The notes under the pieces were generated by a model, which ran no database searches, was not told the origin of the DNA, and saw nothing but the letters and a program-made list of their open reading frames with translations. A program made the position numbers and the translations under genes. Positions 60,704-64,000 of a stretch of DNA of 64,000 bases are shown in pieces. Each line of letters begins with the position of its first letter. Within the stretch, counting starts at the first letter, position 1. Origin of the DNA: Eledone cirrhosa (taxonomy: Eukaryota). The stretch covers positions 195,548,001 through 195,612,000 of the forward strand of contig OZ024741.1 of assembly GCA_964016885.1 (NCBI GenBank). The letters run 5' to 3'.

Positions 60704-61567
60704 TATATATATATATATATAAACAATGATATACAGATATATGCCCTTCTTGACACAAACCATTTTAGTCGCTTCTTATGATAGATATTCAAGGTATCTA
60801 CTCTAAACCAGATTGACAGTGAAAAAATAATATTATTTTAAGAATCCTACAAATATTTACACAGAATTCATCATCATCCTCATCACCATTATTATCACCC
60901 TCACCACCACTGCCACCACCACCACCATCACCACCACCATGATCATCATCATCATGATCATCATGATCATCATCATCGTTTAACACAAAACAAATTTCAA
61001 AATGAAATAAATAATAGCCAAAGAATAATACGTAAGATTCAAAACATTTTACAAATTGATTCCTAAGCGAACTCAGTATATATAATGTGTGTGTGTTATG
61101 AACGGAAATAAGAGTACTCAATACCAAAGCAGAATTTAAATATTCTTTTATTTTGGCTATGTTGTGAGTCTTATATATGTGTGTGTGTGTGTCTGTTTTT
61201 CCTCGCTTACCACTGATATGTCAGCCACAAGAAAGTCAATTACCTGTTCAATTTTCAATTTCATCTTTTTTATCAAATTTCGATTTTTTTTTTTTTTTTT
61301 TTTTTTTTTTTGAATTTTTTGAATTTCTGGTCTTTGGGGATTGATTTTAAATATTTTAAGAAATGTTTGTCAGATTTTGAGATTTATATTGCATTGAATT
61401 TTTCTAAAATAATTTTGTCTTTTTAAAATTATTTTGACAATAATTTGACCTTTATTAATATTTCTAAAATAGTATTTTTAGTCTTTTTCATTTGAATAAA
61501 AGAATTTGAATGTACCAAATATTTCAAGTCTTATATAAATATATATATATATAATTTTATATATATA

Positions 61568-62142
61568 CTAGCAGTGGTACCCGGCGTTACACGGGATAAG
61601 GTATTTTGGAATGCGGGCTGCAAACACAGCTAATCGTGGAAAAACTGCATGCCTGGACAATATGTAAAGAAAATAAACCGAATACTCTGATAGCTGGATA
61701 ATCTTTAAGATTTTACTCGATGAAGCAGGAAAAATGCAGGTTTTCACTTAATGCGGGCCCTAGGGGATCAAGAAATTGAATTTTTTTTATGTGCATAATA
61801 TGCCTTGAAATTTCTGGAAAATCGGCTAGACGTAATGCCTCAAAAAGCCCTAAAAAGCTGAAAAAAATGAAATTTTTCACCTAATGCGGGCCCTAGGCCA
61901 TAAAAAAGTTGGATTTTCTTTGCTCACGGTATGAGGAAGAGACTGACCAATACATAGTTACAATTTCAAGGAAATCGGTCTGAGGTAACGCCTCAAAAAA
62001 ACCCTAAAAACCTGAAAAAAAACGCAGTTTTTCACCTAATGCAGGCCCTAGGGATCAAAAAGTTGAAACATTAGTAATACACATGTAAAGTTTGAAAAAT
62101 GTCGGTTGGGTATTTCTCGAGTTTTAGGGATTTAAACTCACA

Positions 62143-62178
<36 letters not shown>

Positions 62179-62413
62179 GATATTATAAGGGCGCGACGTT
62201 ATATGTATGTATCTAAAAAGAGAAAGACTAAAAATTATAGAGAGAGATCGCTAAATCGCCTAATGCAGTCCCTAGGGCATTGAAAATTTGAAATGTTTTG
62301 CTCAGAACATTCCCTGAAACATAAGTATTACATGTGTAAAGTTTGAAAACAGTCGGTTGGGTGTTTCTCGAGTTTTAGGGATTCAAACTCACACACACAG
62401 ACAGACATCCTCA

Positions 62414-62420
<7 letters not shown>
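61568..62420 (-). mobile_element. Non-autonomous Helitron-like element with internal degenerate repeats
   Basis: Minus-strand end has a cccg..cggg hairpin then CTAG-T; taatgc.g.ccctagg units at 61749, 61882, 62037 and 62261; inserted in (TA)n. Confidence 0.65.
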
Positions 62421-62468
<48 letters not shown>

Positions 62469-62612
62469 ATATATATATATATATATACATATAATTTTAT
62501 ATATATATATGTGTGAATGAAGTAATTCCGTCGGAAAGGTCCAGGAAAAAAGAGTGCTCTATGTAGGTTACAGAGCTTATTAATTATGTAATAAGTAACA
62601 TAAGATAATTAT

Positions 62613-62670
62613 TTCATTTACCAGTGGTTTCTTGAAAGCAAACAAATCTGCTTTCAGTCGTCAGAATGAA
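62613..62670 (-). ncRNA. Type-I hammerhead ribozyme motif (same family as 30720)
   Basis: Minus strand: ttcatt-CTGACGA-c.tgaaagcaga.tttg.tttgctttca.a-GAAA-cc.act.gg-TA-aatgaa. Confidence 0.8.
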
Positions 62671-62799
62671 AAAATCCTAGTGTTTTTATTGAATGTGGAT
62701 TTGAAAACAAAAATATAAGAAATATAAAAGTGAGGCTGAAGAAAGAAGAAAAAAAAAGATAATAAATATATAAGTATATAAACACACGCACACACACAG

Positions 62800-62837
<38 letters not shown>

Positions 62838-63394
62838 TCATCATCATCATCATCATCAACGTTTAACGTCCGTGTTCCACGCTTGCATGGGTTTGGACGG
62901 GGGTAGTCCCACTTGAGGCAAGAGTGATTGTCTTGCTCGCATAGGACTGTCTGGCAGGTTTTCTACAGTTGGATGCCCTTCCTAACACCAACCACATTTA
63001 CAGTGTGGGTCTGGGAGGTTTTTATATATATATATATATGCAAGCGTGGAACATGGACGTTAAACGATGATGATGATGATATATATACAAAAATATACAT
63101 AGACATACACAAAAATACACAAACATATATATATCATCATCATCATCATCATTTCATTTTACGTCCGCTTTTTTCCTGCTTGCAAGGGTGGGACGGGAAC
63201 TGATTCTGGCTTGATTTCTACAGCTGGATGCCCTTCCTAACACCAACCTCATTTACAGTGAGTGCTGGGTGCTTTTTTGCCGTGGCACCTCCGCGACCAC
63301 TTTGCAGTGGAATTATATGGACCCCAGTCCCTATCATCTCATTTCTACAGCTGAGTAAACTGGAGCAATGTGAAATAAAGTGTCTTGCTCAAGG

Positions 63395-63459
<65 letters not shown>

Positions 63460-63669
63460 CATATATATACATATATACATATATACACACATACATACAT
63501 ACATATATATACACACACACACACATAATTATAAAAATAAATAAAAAATAAATAAACAAACATATACACACTCGACCATGCGCATATACTAAAATATATA
63601 TACAAAGACAAAATACATATACAAAAAAAAATACATATACAAAAAAAAATATATATATATATATATTAT

Positions 63670-63835
63670 ATAGGTGCCGAATTGCCAGAGTCATTAGAAC
63701 ATTGGATAGAATGCTTTATGGTATTCGTTCTAGATCTCCGCTCTCGGAGTTCAAATTCCGTCAAGGTCAAGTTTGCCTTTCATTCTTTCAAGGTCGATAA
63801 ATAAAGTACCAGTCTAGTACTGGGGTCAATTCTTC
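63670..63835 (+). mobile_element. tRNA-derived SINE
   Basis: B box gagttcaaattcc; body gcctttcattc..gtcgataaataaagtacc; similar to 41800-41900. Confidence 0.7.
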
Positions 63836-64000
63836 CCCTATATCACTTTCTCATTTCCTCACTTTCTATCTTTCTCTGGAAGAAATCTGCTGTACTCAGG
63901 CCTGGAGAGGGATGGTCTCCGCCAGGCTTAAAATGCCCAAGGAACGCTGTATGTCAATACAGCACCACAACGACTCTATCAGGAGTTATGGGACCATACA

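Noticed and set aside
22199-63694. ORFs rich in YI, CV, HT or YLSI repeats
   Set aside because: Translations of (TA)n, (TG)n, (TACA)n and (TCTA)n microsatellites.
34686-63835. tRNA genes at A/B-box sequences
   Set aside because: They continue into shared SINE bodies and I could not build full cloverleaves.

Overview
Eukaryotic, AT-rich, microsatellite-dense animal DNA. The SINE/RTE/Penelope repertoire and a galaxin-like gene suggest a mollusc, probably an octopus-like cephalopod (inference). (1) 82-21465: five head-to-tail Tx1/L1-clade non-LTR retrotransposons from three subfamilies (order A-B-C-B-C), all on the minus strand and each separated only by a (GATA)n tract. All five end in AATAAAGAAA joined to the microsatellite in the same register, which suggests a (TCTA)n/(GATA)n-targeting family. 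Copy 1 has intact ORF1 and ORF2. (2) 21.6-40.8 kb and 59-64 kb: decayed RTE, Helitron, CRE-like and Penelope fragments and tRNA-SINEs, plus about eleven type-I hammerhead ribozyme motifs folded by eye. These include a 430-nt tandem retrozyme-like dimer (30.86-31.82 kb) and two palindromes with a hammerhead on each strand. (3) About 40.9-58.0 kb, plus strand: a spliced gene the ORF track does not assemble. It has nine phase-consistent exons plus a candidate first exon and encodes a ~530-aa, probably secreted galaxin-like protein with 16 Cys-Cys doublets and a Lys-rich C-terminal domain. All folds, alignments and splice models were made by eye.
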